A stretch of DNA of 64,000 nt from an uncultured bacterium (GTDB lineage: Bacteria > Krumholzibacteriota > Krumholzibacteriia > LZORAL124-64-63), in the NCBI GenBank assembly GCA_963732385.1, contig CAVSZB010000001.1:31890-95889 (forward strand), written 5' to 3'. Both the position numbers and the translations under genes were made by a program. Position 1 is the first letter of the stretch, and each line of letters starts with the position of its first letter. Of the stretch, positions 44,069 through 54,156 are shown piece after piece. The notes below the pieces were generated by a model. It was given only the letters and a program-made list of their open reading frames with translations. It made no database searches and had not been told where the DNA came from.

Positions 44069-44556
44069 GACCGGCTCGGGGAAGCGCCCCGGGAGCCTCC
44101 CCGGTTCCGGCCCTGGGGCCGGAGCTCGAGTTTCTGCGCGTGGTGTGGGCTCTCGATCATTCGCTGCAGAGGGTGTCGAAGCGCATGGAGGGGACGCTCG
44201 GGATCACGGCCCGGCAGCGCCTCGTCATCCTCATCCTGGGTCGCTTCCCCGGCCTGAACGCCGGGCAGCTCGCCAACATTCTCCACCTCCATCCCAGCAC
44301 GCTCACCGGTATCCTCAAACGGCTGCACCGGAGCGGGCTGATCACTCGGCGCGCCGATCCCTGCGATCGCCGGCGGGTCGTTCTGGGGCTCACGGTGAAA
44401 GGCCGGGCGTTCGACATCGCCACCGAGGGCACCGTGGAGGCGGCGGTGCAGGCCGTCATCGCGGCGCTGCCGGGCGCGAAGCTCAGGCATACGTCTGAGG
44501 TGCTCGGGGCGCTGGTCGAACTTCTCGGGCGCAAGATGGCGACGCGAACGCCGTAG
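44065..44556 (+). CDS. MarR-family transcriptional regulator
   Basis: STLTGILKRL..GLITR..DRRRV.L.LT.KG. Confidence 0.88.
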   Translation: MRPARGSAPGASPVPALGPELEFLRVVWALDHSLQRVSKRMEGTLGITARQRLVILILGRFPGLNAGQLANILHLHPSTLTGILKRLHRSGLITRRADPCDRRRVVLGLTVKGRAFDIATEGTVEAAVQAVIAALPGAKLRHTSEVLGALVELLGRKMATRTP

Positions 44557-44662
44557 CCGGGCCCCGGACGGCAGTATCCCGCCGGTTCCCTGCCCCGCTC
44601 GCTCCCGGATGGATTCTCTCCTATATTGACAAGCATCATCATTATCCGTCAGGGAGGTCGCC

Positions 44663-45907
44663 ATGCGACGGCGTGTTGTGCGGGCGTTTATCGTGCTGCT
44701 GTGGATCGTGCCGGGGTCGCTCGTGGGGCTGGCGCCACGCGCCTCGGCCCAGATCGCGGTGAACCGGGTGGCGGGGGGGCTGGCCTGGCCGGTCTGGGTG
44801 ACGGCGCCGCCGGCGGATGCGCAGCGGCTGTTCATCGTGCAACAGGGGGGTCTGGTCCGGATCCTGAAAGGCGGCGCGTTGGTGGCGGCGCCGTTTCTCG
44901 ACATCACCACCCTGGTCAGCCAAGGGTCGGAGCGGGGGCTGCTGGGACTGGCGTTCGATCCGCAGTACGCGACCAACGGGCGCTTCTTCATCGACTACAC
45001 GGACGTGGCGGGGAACACGGTGATCGCGCGGTACACCGTCTCGGCGGGCGATCCGGACCTGGCCGACCCCGGCAGCGCCGTGCTGCTGCTCGCTATCGAC
45101 CAGCCGTTCGCGAATCACAATGGCGGCACGGTCGCCTTCAGTCCGCGGGACGGCTATCTGTACATCGGCATGGGGGACGGTGGCTCGGCCGGCGATCCCG
45201 GCGACCGGGCGCAGGATACCGGCACCCTGCTTGGCAAGCTGCTGCGGCTGGACGTGAGCGGCGCCACCTATACCATCCCGCCCGACAATCCGTTTGCGGC
45301 GCCCGGAGGGGCGCGCGAAGAGATCTGGGCGACCGGGCTGCGCAATCCCTACCGCTTCGGCTTCGACCCGCTCAACGGCGACATCTACATCGGCGATGTC
45401 GGTCAGAACGAGTGGGAGGAGATCGACTGGCAGCCGGGCGATGCGCCGGGCGGACGCAACTTCGGCTGGCGCCGGATGGAGGGGTCCCACTGCTACGACC
45501 CGGTCAATGGCTGCAACGACGGCTCGCTCATCCTGCCGGTGCACGAGTACAGTCACGCGGGAGGCTGCTCGGTGACGGGTGGCGCGGTATACCGCGGCAG
45601 CGCCATGCCGGCCCTGCAGGGGACCTATTTCTTTGCTGACTATTGCACTGCCCGCCTCCGGTCGTTCAAGATGCTCGGCGGAGCGGTGGCGGAGTTCCGC
45701 GAGTGGCCGCTGTCGGTCGTGCCGGGCGCGGGGATCGCCACGGTCGGGGCCATCGTCGCCATCGCGGCCGACGGCGTCGGCGAACTGTACCTCGTCGATC
45801 GCACCGGGACGCAGGAGGGCGAGATCTGGAAAATCGTACCGGAGGGGACCCAGGCGACGGAGCAGCGCACTCTGGGCGGTGTGAAAGGGCTCTACCGCGG
45901 CCGCTGA
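44663..45907 (+). CDS. Secreted PQQ-dependent sugar dehydrogenase (GSDH beta-propeller) family protein
   Basis: ERGLLGLAFDP, NHNGG, GDGGS, GLRNPYR, GDVGQN..EEID. Confidence 0.9.
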   Translation: MRRRVVRAFIVLLWIVPGSLVGLAPRASAQIAVNRVAGGLAWPVWVTAPPADAQRLFIVQQGGLVRILKGGALVAAPFLDITTLVSQGSERGLLGLAFDPQYATNGRFFIDYTDVAGNTVIARYTVSAGDPDLADPGSAVLLLAIDQPFANHNGGTVAFSPRDGYLYIGMGDGGSAGDPGDRAQDTGTLLGKLLRLDVSGATYTIPPDNPFAAPGGAREEIWATGLRNPYRFGFDPLNGDIYIGDVGQNEWEEIDWQPGDAPGGRNFGWRRMEGSHCYDPVNGCNDGSLILPVHEYSHAGGCSVTGGAVYRGSAMPALQGTYFFADYCTARLRSFKMLGGAVAEFREWPLSVVPGAGIATVGAIVAIAADGVGELYLVDRTGTQEGEIWKIVPEGTQATEQRTLGGVKGLYRGR

Positions 45908-47190
45908 GCGGGGCCGACCACTGGCCGGTCGTCGTCGTGGGGGCAGGGGCCGCCGGCCTGACCGCGGCGATTTTCGCCGCCCGGGCGGGGGCGCGAGTCC
46001 TCCTGCTCGAAACGCGACCCGCGCCGGGGGCCAAGATCCGCGCCAGCGGCGGCGGTCGTTGCAACGTGCTCCCCTCGGCGGTGACGCTCGCGGATTTCCA
46101 CACCAGCGGGTCGCGCACCGCGCTGCGCAACATCCTCTTCTCCTGGCCGCTCGACGACGTGCGCGCCTTCTTCGAGAACGATCTGGGCGTGCCGCTCAAA
46201 CGCGAAGCGACCGGCAAGCTGTTCCCCGCGGACGACGACCCGCGGCGCGTGGTGGCGGCGTTGCTCGGCGCCTGTCGGGCCGCCGGCGTCACGCTGTACG
46301 GGGACTTCCGGGTGACGAAGGCGAAACGGCCGGATGCGCCGGGCGCGGGCGGGGCTGGCGCGGCGGCGGAGGGGGCGGCGAGCTTCGCGCTGACGGCGGC
46401 GGGGGGAGTGCAGGTGACCTGCGACCGCCTGGTGCTCGCAACCGGCGGATTCTCCCTGCCCAAGACCGGCTCCGACGGCCACGGCCTTGCGCTGGCCCGC
46501 GCCTGGGGGCATGCGCTGGTGCCGCCGTATCCCGCGCTGGTGCCGCTGCTGTGCGACGATCCCCGCTGGCGCGCGCTGGCCGGCGTGTCGCTGCCGGCGC
46601 GGGTGCGGGCGGTGCGGGACGGGCATGTGGTGGTGGAAGAGCGGATCGACAGCTTCCTGTTTACGCACCGGGGCTTCAGCGGCCCGGTGGTGCTCGACAT
46701 GAGCCGTCACCTCGCCGGGCCGGAGGGGAAGACCACGCAACTACGGGTCCGCTGGGGGGGGGATGACGCACCCGACTGGGACGATCTGTTCCGGCGCGGC
46801 GGCGCGCGGCCCCTGGCCGGTCTCCTGGCCGAGCGGTTGCCGCGTCGTCTGGCGGAGCTTTTGATCGAGGAGACGGGGCTTCAGCCGGCGGTCCGGGCTG
46901 CCGATCTTACCCGGGAGACGCGGCGCTCCCTGGTGGCGGCTCTGGTGGACTTTCCGCTGCCGGTCGGCGGCAACGAGGGGTACCGCATGGCCGAGGTGAC
47001 CGGTGGCGGCGTGCCCCTGGGGGAAGTGTCGCCGCGTACCCTGGAGAGCCGGATCGTCCCGGCCCTGCACTTCGCCGGCGAAATTCTCGACGGCACGGGA
47101 CGTATCGGCGGCTTCAATTTCCTCTGGGCCTGGGTGACCGGGCGCAAAGCGGGGCTGGCGGTGGGTGCGGGGCGGCCGCAAGGCGGCTGA
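45904..47190 (+). CDS. HI0933/BaiN-family flavoprotein
   Basis: GAGAAG, KIRASGGGRCN, ATGG, LFTHRGFSGP, VTGGGV, GEILD..G.IGGFN; start uncertain (CTG?). Confidence 0.88.
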   Translation: MSGADHWPVVVVGAGAAGLTAAIFAARAGARVLLLETRPAPGAKIRASGGGRCNVLPSAVTLADFHTSGSRTALRNILFSWPLDDVRAFFENDLGVPLKREATGKLFPADDDPRRVVAALLGACRAAGVTLYGDFRVTKAKRPDAPGAGGAGAAAEGAASFALTAAGGVQVTCDRLVLATGGFSLPKTGSDGHGLALARAWGHALVPPYPALVPLLCDDPRWRALAGVSLPARVRAVRDGHVVVEERIDSFLFTHRGFSGPVVLDMSRHLAGPEGKTTQLRVRWGGDDAPDWDDLFRRGGARPLAGLLAERLPRRLAELLIEETGLQPAVRAADLTRETRRSLVAALVDFPLPVGGNEGYRMAEVTGGGVPLGEVSPRTLESRIVPALHFAGEILDGTGRIGGFNFLWAWVTGRKAGLAVGAGRPQGG

Positions 47191-47246
47191 CAGTCGCTTT
47201 CGCGGGGAGCACAATCGGCGCGGGTGGTCCGCAGCCGGGAGGGATC

Positions 47247-48119
47247 ATGGACAAGAGCCAGGAAGTTCTGCGTCGGCTGGAGTCGCTGAAGAACCTGCCG
47301 ACGCTGCCGGTCGTCATCGACAAGCTGCGCGCGGCGGTGCGCGATCCCAATTCGAACGCCACGAAGGTGGCGCGGATCATCGAGGACGATCCGTCGATGA
47401 TGGCGCGCATTCTCAAGATCGTGAACTCCGCGCTCTACGCGAGCTGGGAGCCGATCATTTCGGTCGAGCTCGCGGTGGCGCGGCTCGGTTTCAACGCGGT
47501 GACGAACATCGCCACCTCCACGGCCGTCTTCCAGACCTACGACCGGACCGGTCAGCGCGATTTCGACCGGGAGGAGTTCTGGCGCCACTGCGTGTCGGTC
47601 GGAATCGCGGTGAATGTTCTCTACGATCGCTGCAAGCCGAACCTGCAGCGGCGGTACGGCAAGGACCTGATGCACCTGTCCGGCCTGCTGCACGACGTGG
47701 GCAAGATCGTGCTCGAGCCGCACTTCCACGAAGCGTTCATCGCCGCCGTGCGCACCTCCGTCGAGAAGCACATACCGCTGCCGCAGGCCGAGGTCGAACT
47801 GCTCGGCATCGACCACGCCGAAGCGGGCGCCTGGCTCGCCATGCGCTGGAACCAGCCCCCGGATGTGTTGCAGGCGATCCGTTGGCATCACCATCCCGGT
47901 CTGGCCGATGTGGAGAACCAGGAACTGGCCATGCTCGTGCACAGCGCCAATTACATCTGCAACCTCGAGAAGATCGGCGACGGCGGCGACACCGCAGCCC
48001 CCGCTTTCCAGCAGGCCGTCTGGACCCGGCTCGGCCTGACGGTGAAGGACATCCCGGTGGTTGTGGACGAGGTCGTCGAGCGGTCGCGGGAGTCGGAAGT
48101 GCTGATGGCGCTGTTGTAG
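47247..48119 (+). CDS. Stand-alone HDOD domain protein
   Basis: LPTLP, DP..ARILKIVNSA, FWRH, GLLHDVGK, DHAEAG..W. Confidence 0.92.
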   Translation: MDKSQEVLRRLESLKNLPTLPVVIDKLRAAVRDPNSNATKVARIIEDDPSMMARILKIVNSALYASWEPIISVELAVARLGFNAVTNIATSTAVFQTYDRTGQRDFDREEFWRHCVSVGIAVNVLYDRCKPNLQRRYGKDLMHLSGLLHDVGKIVLEPHFHEAFIAAVRTSVEKHIPLPQAEVELLGIDHAEAGAWLAMRWNQPPDVLQAIRWHHHPGLADVENQELAMLVHSANYICNLEKIGDGGDTAAPAFQQAVWTRLGLTVKDIPVVVDEVVERSRESEVLMALL

Positions 48120-48386
48120 GCGCGGCTTCTCCGCCACGGGGCGGAGACGTGTCGGGGGCGGAGCGGCGCATCTTCCGGAGCACAACCGCCAGAAGACGGA
48201 TCTGGCTCCCCCCAAACGGGCAGCGGGGCGCCCCCTTCCTCATCGATGCCGCCTCCACGAAAATCCCCCCGTCGGTCGTCGGGCCTTCCGGGTTTTCCTC
48301 CACTTGACTGGTGGCATCGCCGAGAGATAAGCTCAAGGTCTCCGTCAGAACGCCTGTCTCGATTCTCTCGCCTCGAGGAGGGCAAC

Positions 48387-49508
48387 ATGTTCCGGACACA
48401 TTCCCGTATTGTCATGCTACTGCTCGTGCTCCTGTCCCTGGGCCTGGTGTGGGCGGGCTGCAGCCGCGACGACCAGCCGGTCACGCCGGAGACTCCCGGC
48501 GCCGCCGTGCCGATCGGCGATGCCTCGTCCGCGGCGTTCCGTGCGGCGGTCAACGTGCAGAAGATGCACACGCCGGCTCTGATGGCGATGCCGAACGTGA
48601 TCGGCACCGCGATCACCCTGCTCGATGACGGCACCCCTGCGCTGATGATCCTCACCATCGAGCCGATGGCGAAGGGCGCCCTGCCCGTCGATCTCGAGGG
48701 TCTGCCGATCGTGGAAGAGGTCAGCGGCATCATCCGGCCGATGATCGATCTGCCCATGGCTTCCGACAAGGCCGGCAACACCGCCAAGCAGACGCCGCCG
48801 ATCCAGATGGGCACCTCGGGCGGCTGGCGCTACGACCTGGCCAACGGCTACTGCTGCGGCGGCACGCTCGGCTCGCTGGTGACCAACGGCACGACGCAGT
48901 ACATCCTGAGCAACTACCATGTGTTCGAGGCGGACATCGTGGCGGGCGGCAACAACCTCGTCGCCACCACCGGCGACTACGTCATCCAGCCCGGCCTCAT
49001 CGACGTCGCCTGCAGCGCCGCCAATGCCCAGAACGTCGGCACGCTGGTGGTCCGGCACAGCCTGCCGGGCAGCAACGTCGACTGCTCGATCGCCCAGGTC
49101 ATCAGCGGCATGGTCCGCACAGACGGCGCGATCCTCGGCATCGGCACCATCTCGAAGACGCCGATCGCCGCCGCGGTCAAGATGGGGGTCAAGAAGGCCG
49201 GTCGCACGACCGGGCTGACCACCAGCACGATCTCCGGCCTGAACGCCACGATCAGCGTGGCGTACGAGAACGAGTGCGCCGGCGGCGCGGCGTTCACGAA
49301 GACCTTCACCGGTCAGATCGTGGTCGCGAACAAGCGCAGCAAGTTCCTCGCCGGCGGCGACTCCGGTTCGCTCATGGTGCAGAACGTCACGACGAACCCG
49401 AAGCCGGTCGGCCTGCTGTTCGCCGGCAGCACGACGACGGCGATCGCCAATCCGATCAGCTCGGTGCTCTCGTTCCTGGGCAGCGGCTGGACGATGGTGG
49501 GCATCTGA
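48387..49508 (+). CDS. Lipoprotein trypsin-like (S1, NAL1-like) serine protease
   Basis: Lipobox WAGC; GTLG, LSNYHV, VDCSIA, GRTTG, GDSGS, GLLFAG. Confidence 0.85.
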   Translation: MFRTHSRIVMLLLVLLSLGLVWAGCSRDDQPVTPETPGAAVPIGDASSAAFRAAVNVQKMHTPALMAMPNVIGTAITLLDDGTPALMILTIEPMAKGALPVDLEGLPIVEEVSGIIRPMIDLPMASDKAGNTAKQTPPIQMGTSGGWRYDLANGYCCGGTLGSLVTNGTTQYILSNYHVFEADIVAGGNNLVATTGDYVIQPGLIDVACSAANAQNVGTLVVRHSLPGSNVDCSIAQVISGMVRTDGAILGIGTISKTPIAAAVKMGVKKAGRTTGLTTSTISGLNATISVAYENECAGGAAFTKTFTGQIVVANKRSKFLAGGDSGSLMVQNVTTNPKPVGLLFAGSTTTAIANPISSVLSFLGSGWTMVGI

Positions 49509-49547
49509 GCCGCACCGTTTTCCGGCTGAGGTTGTGAATTCGCAAGT

Positions 49548-49583
49548 GGACACCCGCCCTCCCCCGGGGGGGGGCGGGTGTCC
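49548..49583. terminator. Strong hairpin between the protease and downstream lipoprotein genes
   Basis: GGACACCCGCCC...GGGCGGGTGTCC; weak U tail. Confidence 0.6.
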
Positions 49584-49605
49584 TGTTACGAAGGGGGACG
49601 CGACC

Positions 49606-49938
49606 ATGGCGATCCTGCGCGCGGCGACCCTCGCGCTGGCGGCGATGTTCCTGATGGGCGGCTGCCGTTCCGGCGCGCGCCACGAACCGGGGGGAGAAAC
49701 AGCAGTGGCACAACGACCCATCGAGATGGTGCTGGCCGATCACACGCCGCGCCTGATGGCGTTGGCGGGTGTTGCGGGGACCTATCAGGGGGCTCTCGAC
49801 GATGGCTCGCCCTGCATCGCGATCATGGTCGTGACGCTGACTCCGGCCCTGCGCGACAGTCTGCCAGAGACGCTGGAGGGGTGGCCGGTGCGGGTCGAAG
49901 AGACGGGCGAGATCCGGCCGCTGGACACGGAACGCTGA
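49606..49938 (+). CDS. Small lipoprotein homologous to the N-terminal domain of the upstream protease
   Basis: Lipobox MGGC; HTPRLMAL..LDDGSP..LEGWPV..GEIRPL. Confidence 0.82.
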   Translation: MAILRAATLALAAMFLMGGCRSGARHEPGGETAVAQRPIEMVLADHTPRLMALAGVAGTYQGALDDGSPCIAIMVVTLTPALRDSLPETLEGWPVRVEETGEIRPLDTER

Positions 49939-49959
49939 GTCGCCGCGCGGCGGCGTGGT

Positions 49960-50835
49960 TCACGGAGTCCAGCGGGCGTAGACGCCGGCCGGCAGGGGCG
50001 GCGCGCCGGCGGCGCCGCACAGCAGCATCTCTCCCGCCTCGACGCTTCCGCCCAACGGCGCCAGCAGCGTGCGCAGCACGGCGGCGGTGACCCCGGGCGA
50101 ATGCGCCGTCAGCAGCACGCCGAGCGGCACCTTGGCCAGCACATCCCGACAGGCGATCAGCAGCGGGTGGAGGTCGCGTTCGATTTTCCACACCTCGCCG
50201 CGCGCGCCGCGCCCGAAAGACGGCGGATCCAGAATGATGATGTCGTAGCGCCGGGAGCGCCGGGTTTCGCGGCGGACGAACCCGAGGGCGTCGTCGGTGA
50301 GGCAACGGAGGCGGTTTTCCGGGATACCGGACCGTTCGGCGTTGAGGGCGGCCCAGGTGTTGACGGCGCGCGCGCCGTCGAGGTGGGTCACTTGGGCGCC
50401 CGCCCGCGCCGCCGCGAGCGAGGCGCCGCCGGTGTAGGCGAAGAGATTGAGCACCTCCAGAGGCGCGCTGCCGGGACCGTTGGCCGCCGTCTGCCGCCCG
50501 ATCGTCTCCTCCAGCCAGGCCCAGTGCGCGGCGTGTTCCGGGAAAAGTCCCACGTTCCCGAAACCGGTCAGACGCAGTTCGAAGCTCAGGCCCCGCCAGA
50601 GCGCGTTCCAGGTGGACGGCGCCACGCCTGGGCCGGTCTGCCAGTCGCCGGTTCCCCCCTCGCCGCGCTGGAAGGCGGCATTCGCCTCGGCCCAGGGGGC
50701 TGAGGGGTCGGCCGGCCAGATCGCCTGGGCGGCCGGCCGGTCGAGGAGAACGCCGCCGAAACGCTCCAGCTTGCGGCCATCGCCGCAGGAGACGAGCTCC
50801 CAACCTTCCGGCCAGCCGTGCACTTCGAGGTCCAT
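49960..50835 (-). CDS. Class I SAM methyltransferase (RlmI/RlmK-like)
   Basis: GRKLERFG, GLFPE, VLNLFAYTGG, ILDPPSFGRG. Confidence 0.88.
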   Translation of the reverse strand: MDLEVHGWPEGWELVSCGDGRKLERFGGVLLDRPAAQAIWPADPSAPWAEANAAFQRGEGGTGDWQTGPGVAPSTWNALWRGLSFELRLTGFGNVGLFPEHAAHWAWLEETIGRQTAANGPGSAPLEVLNLFAYTGGASLAAARAGAQVTHLDGARAVNTWAALNAERSGIPENRLRCLTDDALGFVRRETRRSRRYDIIILDPPSFGRGARGEVWKIERDLHPLLIACRDVLAKVPLGVLLTAHSPGVTAAVLRTLLAPLGGSVEAGEMLLCGAAGAPPLPAGVYARWTP

Positions 50836-50926
50836 GGACGGAAGTATAGGGGCTGCGGGGCTGGCGCGACAACGGTCGGTCGCCGACGGCGTTCCCGGAG
50901 GTGCCTGACGCCGGCGGCCGCGACCG

Positions 50927-51877
50927 TCAACGGGCGGCAGCCAGCAGTGCGGTCCAGCTCGTGGGGAGGTTCTGATCGATGATGCCGTCGCCATCCTCGT
51001 CGAGCCGCAGGCGCGCGCGGTCGGGCCCGGTGAACAACACTGCCACCGAGCCGCCGCCTGCCTGCCGCACCACGAGGCGGCCCGCCTCGGCCGGGCCGAG
51101 CGCGCCGTTGGGAAGCAGAGCGCCGCTCAGCCGCGAGGTCGTCTGCAGGGTGAGGGCGCCGAACCGGGCGTGGGCCAGCGAGGCCCGCACCCGCAGGGTC
51201 CAGGCATGGGAATAGGGCTGAAGTTCGAGTGTCAGGTCGAGGCTGTCGAGCACGGCGTCGCCGGACGGGGCGGTGCAATGGAAACCGGCGGCTCCGCAGC
51301 CAACGGTGAGTCGCTCGCCGATCGGCCCACGGACGTAGGCCATGGCGAGGGTGCCGGAGAGGGCTGTGGCGGTGGAGTCGGTCACGGCGGCGGCAAGGTC
51401 GGCATAGAGGGCGGGGGTGGTGAAAGCGCCGGCGCCGAACGTCATGTCCGGCACGTGCAGCCCGGCCGGCCGGGCGCTGGACTGCGTGCCCGGAGGCGCA
51501 ACCGGGCGCGGGGCGGTGTCGAGGCGCAGACCGTCGCCGCTCGAGAGCGCGCCGTCGCGATTGGCGTCGAACCACCTCAGGAAGAAACGGTCGCTGCGGC
51601 CAGGCAGGGCGATGAGCGAATCGCTCTGATCGACTCCCTCTTCGAGCAGTCGCGGCGCCTCCAGGACGGCGAAACGGCCGGTGTCGAGGGCGAGCTGCAG
51701 CGCGTCGCGCACGGGGGCCAGGGCGGCGGTGGCCAAGTGGCCAGGGTCGGACGAGGGTGGCAGCGCGTCGGCGTCGCCGGCGCTGACTCCTCCACCCCCG
51801 CAGCCGGCGGCGGCCAGGATCGCGAAGAACGCGCCCGCGGCGGACGCGCGCAAGTGTGGCAGGGGCGTGAACATCAT
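50927..51877 (-). CDS. Hypothetical lipoprotein
   Basis: AAGCGGGG lipobox; DxDxDG-type loops DANRDG and DEDGDG. Confidence 0.65.
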   Translation of the reverse strand: MMFTPLPHLRASAAGAFFAILAAAGCGGGGVSAGDADALPPSSDPGHLATAALAPVRDALQLALDTGRFAVLEAPRLLEEGVDQSDSLIALPGRSDRFFLRWFDANRDGALSSGDGLRLDTAPRPVAPPGTQSSARPAGLHVPDMTFGAGAFTTPALYADLAAAVTDSTATALSGTLAMAYVRGPIGERLTVGCGAAGFHCTAPSGDAVLDSLDLTLELQPYSHAWTLRVRASLAHARFGALTLQTTSRLSGALLPNGALGPAEAGRLVVRQAGGGSVAVLFTGPDRARLRLDEDGDGIIDQNLPTSWTALLAAAR

Positions 51878-51983
51878 TTTCCCCCCCTCCACACATAATC
51901 ATACCACTTCGTCGCGGCCACAGCCGACCCGATTTGGCTGGGCGCAGGATCCGCTCCCGCCACGCGTTAAGGATGGGGCTATC

Positions 51984-52012
51984 TTGACGGGGCCGGGGGG
52001 CGGCCATAGTAT
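51984..52012 (+). promoter_or_regulatory. Putative sigma70 promoter of the efflux operon
   Basis: TTGACG-N17-TAGTAT. Confidence 0.55.
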
Positions 52013-52085
52013 GGAAAAATCTGTTAGTTGCGAAGACTTTGAACAACCGGCGCAGCCTCGTCTCGCCGGGGGAGGCCTGACGCCG

Positions 52086-53416
52086 ATGGGTCGCAGGGGC
52101 ATGGCAATAGTGATCTTGGTGGTGCTGGTCGCGGCGGGCGGATTTTATGCCTGGCGCAGCGCGAAGGCCCGCCACGCGAAGCCGAGGTACCGCACCGAAG
52201 CGGTCCAGCGCGGAGACATCCAGGTGCAGGTCACGGCCACTGGCAATCTGCAGGCGGTGACCACCGTGCTCGTCGGCAGCCAGGTGAGCGGCACGATCTC
52301 GGCGCTCTACGCTGATTTCAACGACCGCGTGCGCAGCGGACAGGTGCTGGCGCAGCTCGACCCGACGTTTCTCAAGGCGCAGACAGCGCAAAGCCGCGCC
52401 GACCTCCAGCGTACCGATGTGCAGGTGCGTCAGTCGGAGCGGGACAGCGCGCGCGTCTACCCGCTGCTGGGCGAGGGGCTGGTTTCCGTCGCCGACATCG
52501 ACATGTCGCGCACCGCGCTTGACCAGGCACGCGCCTCGCGGGCGTCGGCGCAGGCGGCGCTCGACCGCGCCGAAACGAACCTGCGCTATGCGACCATCCA
52601 CTCGCCCATCGACGGCGTGGTGATCTCGCGCGACGTGGACATGGGCCAGACGGTGGCCGCATCGCTGTCGGCGCCGACTCTCTTCACGATCGCCAACGAT
52701 CTCCAGAAGATGCAGCTCGAGGTGGCGGTCGACGAGGCCGACATAGGCATGGTCAAGGGGGGCAGCGGGCCACCTTCACCGTGGACGCCTACCCGTCACA
52801 GCTCTTCCAGGGCGTCGTGCATCAGATCCGCCTGGCGCCCGAGACCGTCCAGAACGTGGTGACCTACACCGTCGTCATCCTCGTGGAGAATCCCGGCGAG
52901 AAGCTGCTGCCCGGCATGACCGCCAACGTCTCGATCCTGGTGGACGAGGCGACGGGCGTGTTGAAGGTGCCGGCCCTGGCGCTGCGCTTCCGGCCCCCGA
53001 CGGGCGCGGTGGCGGCGGGGCCCGGTGGCGCCGCGGCTGGACGGAGCGGGATGCGGCAGGCCGCGGGCGGCGAGGGCGCGCGCGAAGGGGGACGCCGCGG
53101 CGGCGCCCGGCCCGACGGTGCCCGTCCGGGCGGCCTGCCCGGCGCTCCGGCCGGCAGCGGGCCTGCCGGCGAAGCCCCGGGCGAAAGCGCCTGGCAGCCC
53201 GGCAAGCTCTACGTGCTCGACAAGGGGACGGAACTGCACCAGCTGGACGTGATGACGGGGCAGACCGACGGCACCTTCGTGGCGGTGCGGGGCGCGGCGC
53301 TGAGCGAAGGGGCGAGGATCGTCGTCGGGCTGGAAGTGGCCGGCCAGGGCGGCGCCAACAGCCAGGGGGCGGTCAATCCGTTCACGCCGCGGATGCCCTC
53401 CGGCGGGCGGCGATAG
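52086..53416 (+). pseudogene. macA: MacA-like periplasmic adaptor with a 1-nt frameshift at the G6 run 52757..52762 (may be a sequence error)
   Basis: VGSQVSGTI, SPIDGVV, VDEADIG in one frame; GQRATFTVDAYP, LLPGMTA in another. Confidence 0.8.
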
Positions 53417-53418
53417 AC

Positions 53419-54156
<738 letters not shown>

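Noticed and set aside
44627-44650. TTGACA promoter upstream of the GSDH gene
   Set aside because: No -10 hexamer at 16-18 bp spacing.
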